From Methanobacteriota archaeon (GTDB lineage: Archaea; Thermoplasmatota; Poseidoniia; Poseidoniales; Poseidoniaceae): DNA of 51,035 bases. The notes under the pieces were generated by a model. The model worked only from the letters and a program-made list of their open reading frames with translations, was not told where the DNA came from and did no database searches. Shown one piece after another: positions 1-8,876 of the stretch. Numbering within the stretch: the first letter of the stretch is position 1; each line of letters opens with the position of its first letter. The translations under genes were made by a program, and so were the position numbers. The stretch covers positions 1 through 51,035 of the forward strand of contig NZFU01000034.1 of NCBI GenBank assembly GCA_002689345.1, in the 5' to 3' direction.

Positions 1-60
1 CGTGATTGCGGCCTGATGATGCAATACAAGAGTAAACGCAAGAAGGATGGGAAATTTTGA
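1..60 (+). CDS. possible 3' end of a gene entering from the left edge (..RDCGLMMQYKSKRKKDGKF*)
   Basis: Open frame from position 1 to TGA at 58-60 with a DCG knuckle-like motif and a basic tail; too short to verify. Confidence 0.3.
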   Translation, partial: RDCGLMMQYKSKRKKDGKF

Positions 61-192
61 TCGAAAGGGTACGGACGCGTGAACTGTATGTACTGTGGGT
101 GTACAGAGGGTAATTTCTGCTTACGGCTATGAACCAAAAATATTCGAAATTGAATTTGATTTTTTTCGGCTTGAGTTACACCAGATTTGGTT

Positions 193-588
193 TCAGTATC
201 CTTGAGATGTAATGGATGCAATCAGGAACATGTAGAACACCAATAGTAGTAGGTACAGTCCAATGACAACCCAAGAAATGGTTTGAGCGGTTTTAGCAGT
301 ACTGGCGTCAGGGTGGCCCGGATACATAGCGGTCACCTTCAAAGCACCTTGAGCAACAATCAATGAAGGTATAGCCAAACAAATTCCTCCGGCAAATATC
401 GAAACAATTGAGAGAATCAACGCCAATTGCGCAGAGGTTGAAGGAAACCCCCCCATGACAATCGTGTTACCTACTTGCATGCCTGGTTGTTGAACATAGG
501 CCATTTGTTGAGGCTGAGTGACTACATACTGAGTTTGTGGAGCAGCAGTATATTGGGTGTAATATTGTTGATTAGGAGGGGGCTGCAT
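193..588 (-). CDS. small membrane protein with Gln/Pro/Tyr-rich N-terminus and two hydrophobic segments (CD225/dispanin- or DUF4190-like)
   Basis: ORF 193..591 (ATG at 588); QP-rich N-terminus, then two TM-like stretches (LALILSIVSIFAGGICLAIPSLIVA; WVVIGLYLLLLVFYMFLIA). Confidence 0.6.
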   Translation of the reverse strand: MQPPPNQQYYTQYTAAPQTQYVVTQPQQMAYVQQPGMQVGNTIVMGGFPSTSAQLALILSIVSIFAGGICLAIPSLIVAQGALKVTAMYPGHPDASTAKTAQTISWVVIGLYLLLLVFYMFLIASITSQGY

Positions 589-625
589 CAAAATTCCTTA
601 CCGAAGTATATTATTTGACACTATC

Positions 626-1252
626 TTAATTCGTCGCTTTATTTTTGGCCAATCTACAAGCAGCGACAAAATTTTCAAACATTTCTTTACCAAATTCCGA
701 ATCATTTACTTCGGGGTGGAATTGTAATCCAAACCTGTCACCGTCTTCGTTTTCCATACCTTGGACTTTACAAGAATCACTCGACGCTGTAATGAAGAAA
801 CCATCAGGAACCTCATGCACTTCATCATTATGACTTTCCCATACGGTTTGAGTTTGAGCTGTATTTGCAAAAATAACCCCCCCGCCATGCAATAAGTCGA
901 TACTCATCGCACCGTATTCCGGTTCTGGAGATTCACGAGCATCTCCGCCGTAGTGGCGAGCCATGAATTGGTGGCCTGCACAAATTCCCAAAATTGGAAT
1001 CTTCAATTCTAAGAATGCAGCACAATTCCCCAATTCTCCAGACAAACCAATTCTGGCAGCACCGCCTGATAAGATGAGGCCATCTAAGTCCCGAAGGTCT
1101 TCGACGGGGGTTGTGTTTTCAATTATTTGAGTGTCAACTCCAAGGTATCTTAGCATTCTCCACTCACGATGAGTCCACTGGCCACCATTGTCGACAACAT
1201 CGATGATTAGTTTCCCCTCTGCCATGTCTTTCTCGGGCCGCGCGCCACCCAT
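626..1252 (-). CDS. guaAA: GMP synthase glutamine amidotransferase subunit A
   Basis: DNGGQWTH, GLILSGG, PILGICAGHQ (catalytic Cys) and GLQFHPEV (His-Glu) motifs of class I GATase; archaeal split GMP synthase. Start uncertain (1258/1252/1225). Confidence 0.9.
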   Translation of the reverse strand: MGGARPEKDMAEGKLIIDVVDNGGQWTHREWRMLRYLGVDTQIIENTTPVEDLRDLDGLILSGGAARIGLSGELGNCAAFLELKIPILGICAGHQFMARHYGGDARESPEPEYGAMSIDLLHGGGVIFANTAQTQTVWESHNDEVHEVPDGFFITASSDSCKVQGMENEDGDRFGLQFHPEVNDSEFGKEMFENFVAACRLAKNKATN

Positions 1253-1277
1253 GAACATTCCTTGTGACAAAGGACAC

Positions 1278-1285
1278 CTTCAAAG
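1278..1285. promoter_or_regulatory. candidate bidirectional TATA-like element between guaAA and rpoP
   Basis: CTTCAAAG lies ~20-26 bp from ATGs on both sides (1258/1252 on -, 1306 on +). Confidence 0.35.
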
Positions 1286-1305
1286 AGGGGAGGCTGGTCG
1301 CGCAG

Positions 1306-1488
1306 ATGAGCGTGAACGACATGGCTGACCTCACTGTTGATTACAAGTGTGCAAACTGCGGCACTATCCAAAGCTTCACCCGAGACCGCGAAGGCAAGTG
1401 GCAACCTGCTATGACCTGCAAGGTATGCGGAACTCGTATTTTCATCAAACTGCGAAGAACCGGACACAAGATTCTGGACGCAGAGTGA
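1306..1488 (+). CDS. rpoP: DNA-directed RNA polymerase subunit P (Rpo12)
   Basis: YKCANCG...TCKVCGTRIFIKLR zinc-ribbon signature; start 1306 or 1321. Confidence 0.85.
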   Translation: MSVNDMADLTVDYKCANCGTIQSFTRDREGKWQPAMTCKVCGTRIFIKLRRTGHKILDAE

Positions 1489-1542
1489 GACGAACTTATG
1501 TTACCGAGGGGTTGAAAGACCCACTCGACCCCATTCTAATCA

Positions 1543-2679
1543 ATGGCATCTTGGCTCGAGTCATATGCGCCTCGTCGATTCAATGAATTGGCGATGCCTG
1601 AAACGATTCAGACTAATTTAGAGAAGGTCGCCGTTCAAGCAAACCCCCCTCATCTGATTTTAGCAGGACCACCCGGTGTGGGTAAGACTGCTGCTTGGCG
1701 GCTGGTAGCGCGTCAAATCTTAGGGCCTTCATGGAAATCGACAACCCACATTCTTCAAGCTAGAGACCTGGCAAAGACCGCCGGGGCGATGAAGAAGTTT
1801 GAAGAATTTCTTAGACCCGAAGGAACATCATCCAAAGACACCCTGGCAGGAAGGTCCTCTTTGGACTCCTTCGACGCTAACCTGACACCCGCATCTGCAG
1901 GCGACACACCGCCCGCCGGTGTTGAAAATAGAGAAGTCCATGGCGGTGAAACCAGTTATGTTTCTCGATTGATAATTATTGAAGACGCAGACCATCTCGG
2001 CCCAACTAGACAACCATATTTGCGCCGAATGATGGAATCAACATCTTCAACATCCCGCTTTATTTTTACAGCGAGATCACCCTCGCGGCTAATCGACGCT
2101 CTACGCTCACGCTCCAAACAGGTTCGCATACCGTCTGCAACAAATCAAATCATCACCAAGAGACTTGAAGAAATAGCAGAAAGAGAGGATTTATCTCCAA
2201 TCAGGGGTATTCTTGGCGATATCGCCCACGTTGCAAACGGAAACTTACGTAGAGCCGTATTCTTACTTGAATTACTTGCTCGTAGAAGGAACTTACACGA
2301 CAGAAAGAATTTGCAAAAGGTAGTATCAGCTACCACACTTGTTGGGGTTCAACAAGTATTGGAAGAGGCATTACGAGGTAGAGTTCACGATTGGCGGTGG
2401 GAGAAACAAGGAGGCCGAAATAAGAGAGTTCTCAAAGGCGCACTAGGTGCTCTTGATCAATTGATGAGTGAGCATGCATTGGAAGCCGAAGATGTAGTTT
2501 CTCACATTCACAGACTACTAACAACAGGACGCCTGTTACTCGATGAATCGGTATTATGTGAATTATTGAGCGCTTTGGCAAGTTGCGATGTCAAATTACA
2601 AACATCGATGCACGGAAGAGTCCAACTCGAGGAATTCCTCCACCAGGTCAAGGAGATATCTTCGGCACAGCCGGTTTAG
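1543..2679 (+). CDS. rfc: replication factor C small-subunit-like AAA+ protein (divergent)
   Basis: N-terminal WLESYAP (RFC box II), Walker A GPPGVGKT, Walker B-like IIIEDAD, ALRSR arginine-finger box, GNLRRA sensor 2. Confidence 0.8.
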   Translation: MASWLESYAPRRFNELAMPETIQTNLEKVAVQANPPHLILAGPPGVGKTAAWRLVARQILGPSWKSTTHILQARDLAKTAGAMKKFEEFLRPEGTSSKDTLAGRSSLDSFDANLTPASAGDTPPAGVENREVHGGETSYVSRLIIIEDADHLGPTRQPYLRRMMESTSSTSRFIFTARSPSRLIDALRSRSKQVRIPSATNQIITKRLEEIAEREDLSPIRGILGDIAHVANGNLRRAVFLLELLARRRNLHDRKNLQKVVSATTLVGVQQVLEEALRGRVHDWRWEKQGGRNKRVLKGALGALDQLMSEHALEAEDVVSHIHRLLTTGRLLLDESVLCELLSALASCDVKLQTSMHGRVQLEEFLHQVKEISSAQPV

Positions 2680-2687
2680 AAAAAGAG

Positions 2688-2761
2688 CGGACACGGCAGG
2701 ATTCGAACCCGCGATCTGCGGCTTAGGAGGCCGCCGCCTTATCCAGCTGGGCCACGTGTCC
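2688..2761 (-). tRNA. tRNA-Arg(CCT)
   Basis: Reverse complement GGACACGTGGCCCAGCTGGATAAGGCGGCGGCCTCCTAAGCCGCAGATCGCGGGTTCGAATCCTGCCGTGTCCG folds as a cloverleaf; anticodon arm GCGGC-CTCCTAA-GCCGC; T-loop GTTCGAATC; no encoded CCA, no intron. Confidence 0.97.
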
Positions 2762-2850
2762 AACCCCTTCGGTGAGGCCCCCTTTCAACAACCTATCGCT
2801 ATCATAAATTATCCAAAAGCCACATACCCTTGCATCTAGTGCCCTAACAC

Positions 2851-4401
2851 ATGAGTGACGCCAGCCCTTCAAAGAAGGTCATTCCTGGGAAAGGCGCTGG
2901 CCTACCTAATCCTTACAGCAAGGATTTTGACAGGGGCGAAGACTCAATTTCTAGTTCATTAGCAGACTATGAATCTGCAGAAGCCCACCGAATTAAGTAT
3001 GGCAGACTGGCATGCAATCCAGCGGTTCTACTAATGCGGCGAGTCGCAGGCCTGCTGATGGCATTAACCGCTCTTGCAGGAGTAGTTGCACCGAATCACT
3101 CCTTGACAAAACCAACATTGATGATATTGCTTTGGATACCAATGCTCCTAATTTCAATCGCGCCAGCATTTATTGCGGGAGAAAGGGGCATGACCGCCCT
3201 CGTTCTTCGCTCATCGTTGTGGAAAGAAGAAGCGATAGTGAAAGGGACTAGAAGAGACATGATGGCTGAGCCGGGGATGGATCGTATCAAAGCAGGATTG
3301 AATGATGTACGCCTGCATAATGCAACAGCATCAATCCTCGCAGCAACATCTCTATTGTTACTAATTTTAGCTGCGGGCTTAGAGCCTAATGGCCTTGCTT
3401 ACAATTTGGTGTTACTAATCACCTTAACAACAAGCCTAGCCTTATCATTCCACGCTATTTTTACTACGGACGATATTAGAAAACTAGGAGACGAATTACC
3501 ATATTTGGTATTACATTCTCCGACACATCATCCGATGAAGTTAGACACTATTTTGGGAGATTTGGTTTATGCGCATTTAGATCCCGACCACTCATTATTG
3601 TGGGATTTGTGGGAAGGGAAACTATCTCATTCAATATTGCCGGGAGTAGATAAAAGACAAGCCAGAGAGCGAATATTGTATTTGCTCCACCTCAATAGCC
3701 GGGGCGATTTAAGCGACGAAGAAACCTTCAACGAACTAAAGGAATTCATCAAACCAATGGCGATTAAGGAATTGTTGTTAGATGCAGATGCCCAGTTTAA
3801 TTGGCCAAGGTTACAACGACTAATCGCACATGCGCGTGCTTGGCAAGTCGAAGTATTCGACTTACTTGATAGATTGCAAAACGACCTACTTTCCGGCTCT
3901 GCAACAATTACCAAAGACGCATGGAGGATGGACATGGCCCTTGCATCCCAATGTAATAATCGAACAGGGCACCTATTCATCGCATTGAATAACCAAGGCG
4001 AAGAAGACAGACATCTTCGCGTTGAAGTTATTGTTCCAGGGGGAATGCCAGAAAACCAAGTCCATCGTTTCGAACTCACTTCTTGTCCGGGGCCCGAGGG
4101 GGCGGTCAAAATCACAGACCCCCTGGTCGAAGATGCATTGGATTGGATGCCAAAATATCTAGAAAAAGGCGTAATTTTGTGGATTGGAGTTGCTTGGGGA
4201 GAGAGTGTTCGCGGAAGGAGAAATGTCCAGGTAATTTTACGAGACGACGACGACACGATTCTAGGATCGAGAATTATTCGAACCGAGGTATTAGCCGGTG
4301 ATAGTAAGCTATCTCGGCAGAGGCTAAAACGCATGCTACAAGCCCGCTCAAAGGGAGAGTCAGATTTGCCAAACTTAGATTTGACCACTATACCAGCATG
4401 A
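2851..4401 (+). CDS. hypothetical membrane protein (about 4 N-terminal TM helices, large soluble C-terminal part)
   Basis: 516-aa ORF with ATG start and hydrophobic segments in the first ~200 aa; no family motif recognised. Confidence 0.75.
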   Translation: MSDASPSKKVIPGKGAGLPNPYSKDFDRGEDSISSSLADYESAEAHRIKYGRLACNPAVLLMRRVAGLLMALTALAGVVAPNHSLTKPTLMILLWIPMLLISIAPAFIAGERGMTALVLRSSLWKEEAIVKGTRRDMMAEPGMDRIKAGLNDVRLHNATASILAATSLLLLILAAGLEPNGLAYNLVLLITLTTSLALSFHAIFTTDDIRKLGDELPYLVLHSPTHHPMKLDTILGDLVYAHLDPDHSLLWDLWEGKLSHSILPGVDKRQARERILYLLHLNSRGDLSDEETFNELKEFIKPMAIKELLLDADAQFNWPRLQRLIAHARAWQVEVFDLLDRLQNDLLSGSATITKDAWRMDMALASQCNNRTGHLFIALNNQGEEDRHLRVEVIVPGGMPENQVHRFELTSCPGPEGAVKITDPLVEDALDWMPKYLEKGVILWIGVAWGESVRGRRNVQVILRDDDDTILGSRIIRTEVLAGDSKLSRQRLKRMLQARSKGESDLPNLDLTTIPA

Positions 4402-4454
4402 GATTTTAGGCGCGTTCCTTATGAAATGCCCACACTTGGCTCTCTCCACCGGAG

Positions 4455-6092
4455 GTGGAGTACTTGGAAGCATGGGACATCATCGTAATCGGAGACGGAC
4501 CTGCAGCATTACGAGCATCAGCGAACGCCGCTAAGGCCGGAGCAAAAGTTCTAATGATGTCATCAGATAGTTTGGGCGCGGGCAATACCGCAGCAATTGA
4601 TGGTATAGCAGCGCCACTGAAAGAAAGTACAACCAAATCTCATCGCGACGATACGATTAGAGCAGGAGGGTTCCTTTGCGACCAAGACATCGTATCACAA
4701 CGAGTTGCTGAAGCCTCCAGACAAGTCGATCTTCTAGAGCGCTGGGGAGTAATATTTCGCCGCGACCAAGATGGTATTCCACTCGTTCGTCGAGCAGCAG
4801 GACACACACTTCCACGCTTAGCAGGAGCAGGGGATGCTTTGATTCGCGAAACGCAACAGGTTCTCGAAGAACAATGTATGAAAAACGGAGTTGTCCGCAG
4901 AGGCGACCAAGTTCCACTTCAATTAGTCCACACCGATGAACAGGTGCATGGTCTGATTTCCTTAGATATGTCTACCGGGGCTGTGAACGCATTACAAGCA
5001 AAGTGTGTGATTATCGCAGATGGCGGCTATGAAGGAGCTTGGACTGGTGTCTCTATTGGATTAGGTGCCGATTTAGCAATGAGAACAGGCCTTGCATTAA
5101 GGGACCTTGAATTTACATCATGGACTCCTTTGGCAGTTTCTGGAACCAATGTAGTATTGCCAATTGGGATGCTTTCCGATGGAGCTACACTTCACCACTC
5201 TAATGGAAATCCAATAGATGTGGAAGATTTTGCAGACACTACTACTCTAGCCAATGCCACCACTTCACAGGGCGTTGTTTTAGATGCCCGGAACATGGGA
5301 GAGTCAGAGGCTTGGTGGGACCAAACATCTGAAATTTTGACGACACGCCTTGGAATTAACATGGCGCGCCAAACAATTCCAGTTAGTGCACAAGTTTCCT
5401 CCACACTGGGTGGAATTGCAACCGATGAATTTGGTAGAGCAATTTCAGGCAAATGGTCTAGATGGTTTACCGGGCTATACGCTGCAGGAGACTCCGCTTG
5501 TTCAGGACTTCATGGCGCAGGAATGGTTGCTGGAAACAGGCTATTAGACGCTTTAGCAGGCGGAGCTGCCGCTGGAGAGCACGCTGCAAATTATGCAGCT
5601 AAAGTGGAATTTAGTGGCCGTGCAGCCTTAGAAACACACCTCGGAGTTGCAGAAGCCGACCTTGATTTCGATATGGCGGGTGCGGAAGAAGGACCGGTCC
5701 AAAGAGCGGGCCCACTATTCGCTAAATTATCTGAAATCATGAATTCCCAAGTAGGAATTTCTAGAGACGAATCAGGGCTTCAAACAGCATTGGAAGAACT
5801 CAACAAGTTAGCAAAATCCGCTGACAAAATGCATCTTGACGATAACACTAGATTATTCAATTCCAACTTACTAGAATCTCTGAGACTCAAGGCAGGAATC
5901 CGCTTGGCTAAGGCGACCGTGCAAAGCGCCCTCTCTAGAACAGAGAGCAGAGGAGCTCATCAAAGAGCAGATTTTGCCGAATTAGACTCAGAACAAATGC
6001 ATCACACATTAGTCGATATCGAGGGAGAGATCTCAACGCTTGCCATACGCAAGGGCGTCTCTGGAACCTGGGTACTTACTCCAGATGCTTAG
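4455..6092 (+). CDS. SdhA/FrdA/NadB-family flavoprotein with degenerate active site
   Basis: DIIVIGDGPAA FAD fold, DTIRAG..DQD, DLEF, GLYAAGDSACSGLHGA and RTESRGAHQRADF all align to succinate dehydrogenase flavoprotein; catalytic residues are replaced (see findings). Confidence 0.85.
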   Translation: MEYLEAWDIIVIGDGPAALRASANAAKAGAKVLMMSSDSLGAGNTAAIDGIAAPLKESTTKSHRDDTIRAGGFLCDQDIVSQRVAEASRQVDLLERWGVIFRRDQDGIPLVRRAAGHTLPRLAGAGDALIRETQQVLEEQCMKNGVVRRGDQVPLQLVHTDEQVHGLISLDMSTGAVNALQAKCVIIADGGYEGAWTGVSIGLGADLAMRTGLALRDLEFTSWTPLAVSGTNVVLPIGMLSDGATLHHSNGNPIDVEDFADTTTLANATTSQGVVLDARNMGESEAWWDQTSEILTTRLGINMARQTIPVSAQVSSTLGGIATDEFGRAISGKWSRWFTGLYAAGDSACSGLHGAGMVAGNRLLDALAGGAAAGEHAANYAAKVEFSGRAALETHLGVAEADLDFDMAGAEEGPVQRAGPLFAKLSEIMNSQVGISRDESGLQTALEELNKLAKSADKMHLDDNTRLFNSNLLESLRLKAGIRLAKATVQSALSRTESRGAHQRADFAELDSEQMHHTLVDIEGEISTLAIRKGVSGTWVLTPDA

Positions 6093-6139
6093 ACAAATCC
6101 ACCCTCTATATTTTGAGGGGAGTGTAATGTCGGAAGGAT

Positions 6140-6577
6140 ATGGCAGAGCCGACATTGTTTCAGAAAATACTCACTGGAGAGATTCCTGGAAACTTCGTGG
6201 GCAGGGGCGAAAATTGGGGCGCATTCCTAGACGTATTTCCTCGGGCCGAAGGGCACACCCTCGTGGTTCCACTCAATCCAGTACAGAGAATTTCCGATTT
6301 GTCTAAATCTGAATTAGCAGATTTATTCTCAGGAGTTAAGCAAGTCCAGAGCACACTATCATCATATTTTGATACAAAGGACTTCACCGTAATGGTCCAT
6401 GATGGGCCAATGGCTGGCCAAGAAATACCTCATGTCCACATTCATGTAATCCCTAGAACAGAAAACGATGGGGGCAGGGCATTACCAGCACTATTCCCCA
6501 GCGCAAACCCCTCAAACCCTCCGGATTTTACAGGCTTAAACGAACTCTGCAATCAGATTAAGGGGGCTTCACAATGA
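6140..6577 (+). CDS. HIT family nucleotide hydrolase
   Basis: TLFQKILTGEIP, FLDVFP..GHTLVVP and HVHIHVIPR histidine triad. Confidence 0.92.
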   Translation: MAEPTLFQKILTGEIPGNFVGRGENWGAFLDVFPRAEGHTLVVPLNPVQRISDLSKSELADLFSGVKQVQSTLSSYFDTKDFTVMVHDGPMAGQEIPHVHIHVIPRTENDGGRALPALFPSANPSNPPDFTGLNELCNQIKGASQ

Positions 6578-8124
6578 AAAAAGGATCAGACGGAGCAAGA
6601 GATCGTCATGGAGAATTATTACCTGAATTATCAACATCTGCTACCAAAATGAATTATGAAAAATTGGTAAATACCCCTCTTCCTAATTTCGGGAAGAAGT
6701 ACCCTGGGTCTCCGTTCTTCATGGAGCTGGGCTACTATTTACTCAGAAAAACATTCAATTCAATATTCAGAACACTAGAAGTCACCGGAAAAGAAAACAT
6801 CCCACTGGATCGTGGCAGTATGTGCTCAGCATGGCACACGAACGGTTTAGTCGATCCAATTTGTATATTTTTAACTCATCCAAAAATGTTCGTAGTAGGG
6901 GGGAGACACGACCTAGTAACTCGTCCAATACTTGGCTTCTGGGCGAGAAAATTTGCAGTGCAGCCCGTGGTGAGAAAAGCAGAATTATTACGCGGAGGAT
7001 GTTCAGAAGAAGAGGCAAATTATCTCAATGGCCGTTCGTTACTAAACTTGGCCACAGGAATTTCACACGGCTTTGGCTGTGCATTATTTCCCGAAGGAAC
7101 CAGCCATTCTGAAAGTCATTTAATTCGTGTAAAGACGGGACCGTTTCGAACAGTTTTGGCCGCAGCGGCGCATGCAAAAGGTACAGGCGGCAAACTGCCA
7201 GTAATCATCCCAATCGGATTACATTTCAGAACTAGGCATTTTTTCAGAACGGATTGCTGGGTAGAATACGGCGAGCCAATTGAAATGCCTCACGAGGGAT
7301 TGCCGGACGATTTAGTCCAAACGGTAAGCAATGGAGATTGGATGGAACCTCCTGCCGAAGTAGTGATCGATTTAAGAGATAAAGTCGAAGAAAAATTGGC
7401 TCCAATGACTCCTGATAGAGACACATACAGCGAAGTCCACAGAGATGGAATAATTGCACATGTTCAAAGAAGGATTGAGAATAAACCCGAATTGACGTGG
7501 AGAGAAGAAGTTCTTGAAGTTAGAAGACTGAAACACGAGCCTGCATCAAAGAACATCCAAGAGGTTGCAACAAAAATCGGCGACACTTTACATGAGGCGG
7601 TTTTAGACGGACGCGACATAAACTCTCAAGGAGACGGACTGAGGGGCTTTTCACCGTTAGGAGCCATCACCGATTTATTCAAACTAATTCCATTATTGTG
7701 TTTGCTTCCAACAATAATTATTGGGATGGGGCCACAAATAGCGGTTGGTAGGTTGTTAGGAGACCGTACAGATGAAGGGCTCGATGCTCGAAGCTCATAC
7801 CATTTCTTATTCGGAATGTTTGGGTCATTAGGCTGGTGGCCAATTATGGCGACATCAATCACAATATTATCAATCGTATTCAGCACCGAAATAAACACAG
7901 AATTAGGCATTGATTGGATTGGCCTGTTAGGTGGGGAGTTTTGGCAACAAGCATGCTCAGCACTACTTTTATGGATTTCAACGATCCTAATATTTTGGTT
8001 ATCGGGAATGTCTTTTGCAAATGGATGGGATACGATTTCAGACTTTGCAAAATGGCGACGACGTAGCAAAACAAATCAAAAAGTTCATGCAGATTTAGTT
8101 AAATTGCGCGAATTACTAAACTGA
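6574..8124 (+). CDS. PlsC-family (lysophospholipid/glycerolipid) acyltransferase with C-terminal TM helices
   Basis: Block I WHTNGLVDP (HX4D), block III LFPEGTSH, block IV PVIIPIGLHF; hydrophobic C-terminal region. Confidence 0.85.
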   Translation: MKKGSDGARDRHGELLPELSTSATKMNYEKLVNTPLPNFGKKYPGSPFFMELGYYLLRKTFNSIFRTLEVTGKENIPLDRGSMCSAWHTNGLVDPICIFLTHPKMFVVGGRHDLVTRPILGFWARKFAVQPVVRKAELLRGGCSEEEANYLNGRSLLNLATGISHGFGCALFPEGTSHSESHLIRVKTGPFRTVLAAAAHAKGTGGKLPVIIPIGLHFRTRHFFRTDCWVEYGEPIEMPHEGLPDDLVQTVSNGDWMEPPAEVVIDLRDKVEEKLAPMTPDRDTYSEVHRDGIIAHVQRRIENKPELTWREEVLEVRRLKHEPASKNIQEVATKIGDTLHEAVLDGRDINSQGDGLRGFSPLGAITDLFKLIPLLCLLPTIIIGMGPQIAVGRLLGDRTDEGLDARSSYHFLFGMFGSLGWWPIMATSITILSIVFSTEINTELGIDWIGLLGGEFWQQACSALLLWISTILIFWLSGMSFANGWDTISDFAKWRRRSKTNQKVHADLVKLRELLN

Positions 8125-8134
8125 ACGGTTCAAG

Positions 8135-8791
8135 TTGGTGGACTGTTTCGGAGGGGTTATGTCGCCCGAAGATGCAGAGATGCAAGTACGCTCCTGGCTC
8201 GCAAGTGAACGTATTGAAATTCGTGAACAAGAAGACCCACGCGCCCACTTACATTTACTCGTAAAATATCCACAAGGAAAGAATGGGCACATGTTTGCAG
8301 TAATCATACCTAAAGAGAGAGACCTTCTTGCAATATCATCGATGACAAGAGTCGACGAAGGACAACAGCAGTCGATGAAGAATATGATGAAAGACGATGA
8401 AGAAGAATGGAAGTCTTGGATGCACGAATGCAGGATGCAATTGATTTCTTCAGGCGTTGATTGGGGCATCCATTTGGGCCACTCGGGCAAAGAAAGAACC
8501 GGTCCATTACAGGCATTCAATGTTAGCGAACCAGTATGGTTTGATGGTTTAACAAAAAATGAAATGATGCAGAATTTACGCCGCCTTTGGCTAGCAAAGC
8601 TCGGCATTATCCACGAAATAAAATTCGCATTTGGCACAGGTACAGGGAAGCCCGGGCCTGTGGATGATTGGCAGAACCGAAAAGATTCAAAGCAAAGGGT
8701 TGGAAGGCCAGCAGCTTCCCAACCAAAAGAAATCCATACAGATGACTCGATGTCATTTGGTGAAGGATTTGACCCATCTGATTGGATTTGA
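8135..8791 (+). CDS. conserved archaeal protein, DUF2299-like
   Basis: 218-aa ORF (likely ATG 8159) co-oriented with the upstream genes; resemblance to DUF2299 is from recall only. Confidence 0.6.
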   Translation: MVDCFGGVMSPEDAEMQVRSWLASERIEIREQEDPRAHLHLLVKYPQGKNGHMFAVIIPKERDLLAISSMTRVDEGQQQSMKNMMKDDEEEWKSWMHECRMQLISSGVDWGIHLGHSGKERTGPLQAFNVSEPVWFDGLTKNEMMQNLRRLWLAKLGIIHEIKFAFGTGTGKPGPVDDWQNRKDSKQRVGRPAASQPKEIHTDDSMSFGEGFDPSDWI

Positions 8792-8876
8792 ACGCCTACT
8801 TCTCACAATGACCTGAGGGGCGCGCGGTTAAGTAGGAGTAATGTAGCGTTAGGCTTGTCGTTAGGAAGGTATTCGT

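Noticed and set aside
3627-4388. 253-aa antisense ORF and similar shadow ORFs (for example 7626-8069, 23461-23892, 41511-42005, 49287-49862)
   Set aside because: They lie entirely antisense to well-supported genes and have Ser-rich shadow-frame composition.
4455-6092. Calling this gene nadB or sdhA because nadC is in the window
   Set aside because: The substrate-binding His/Arg residues shared by NadB and SdhA are all missing.
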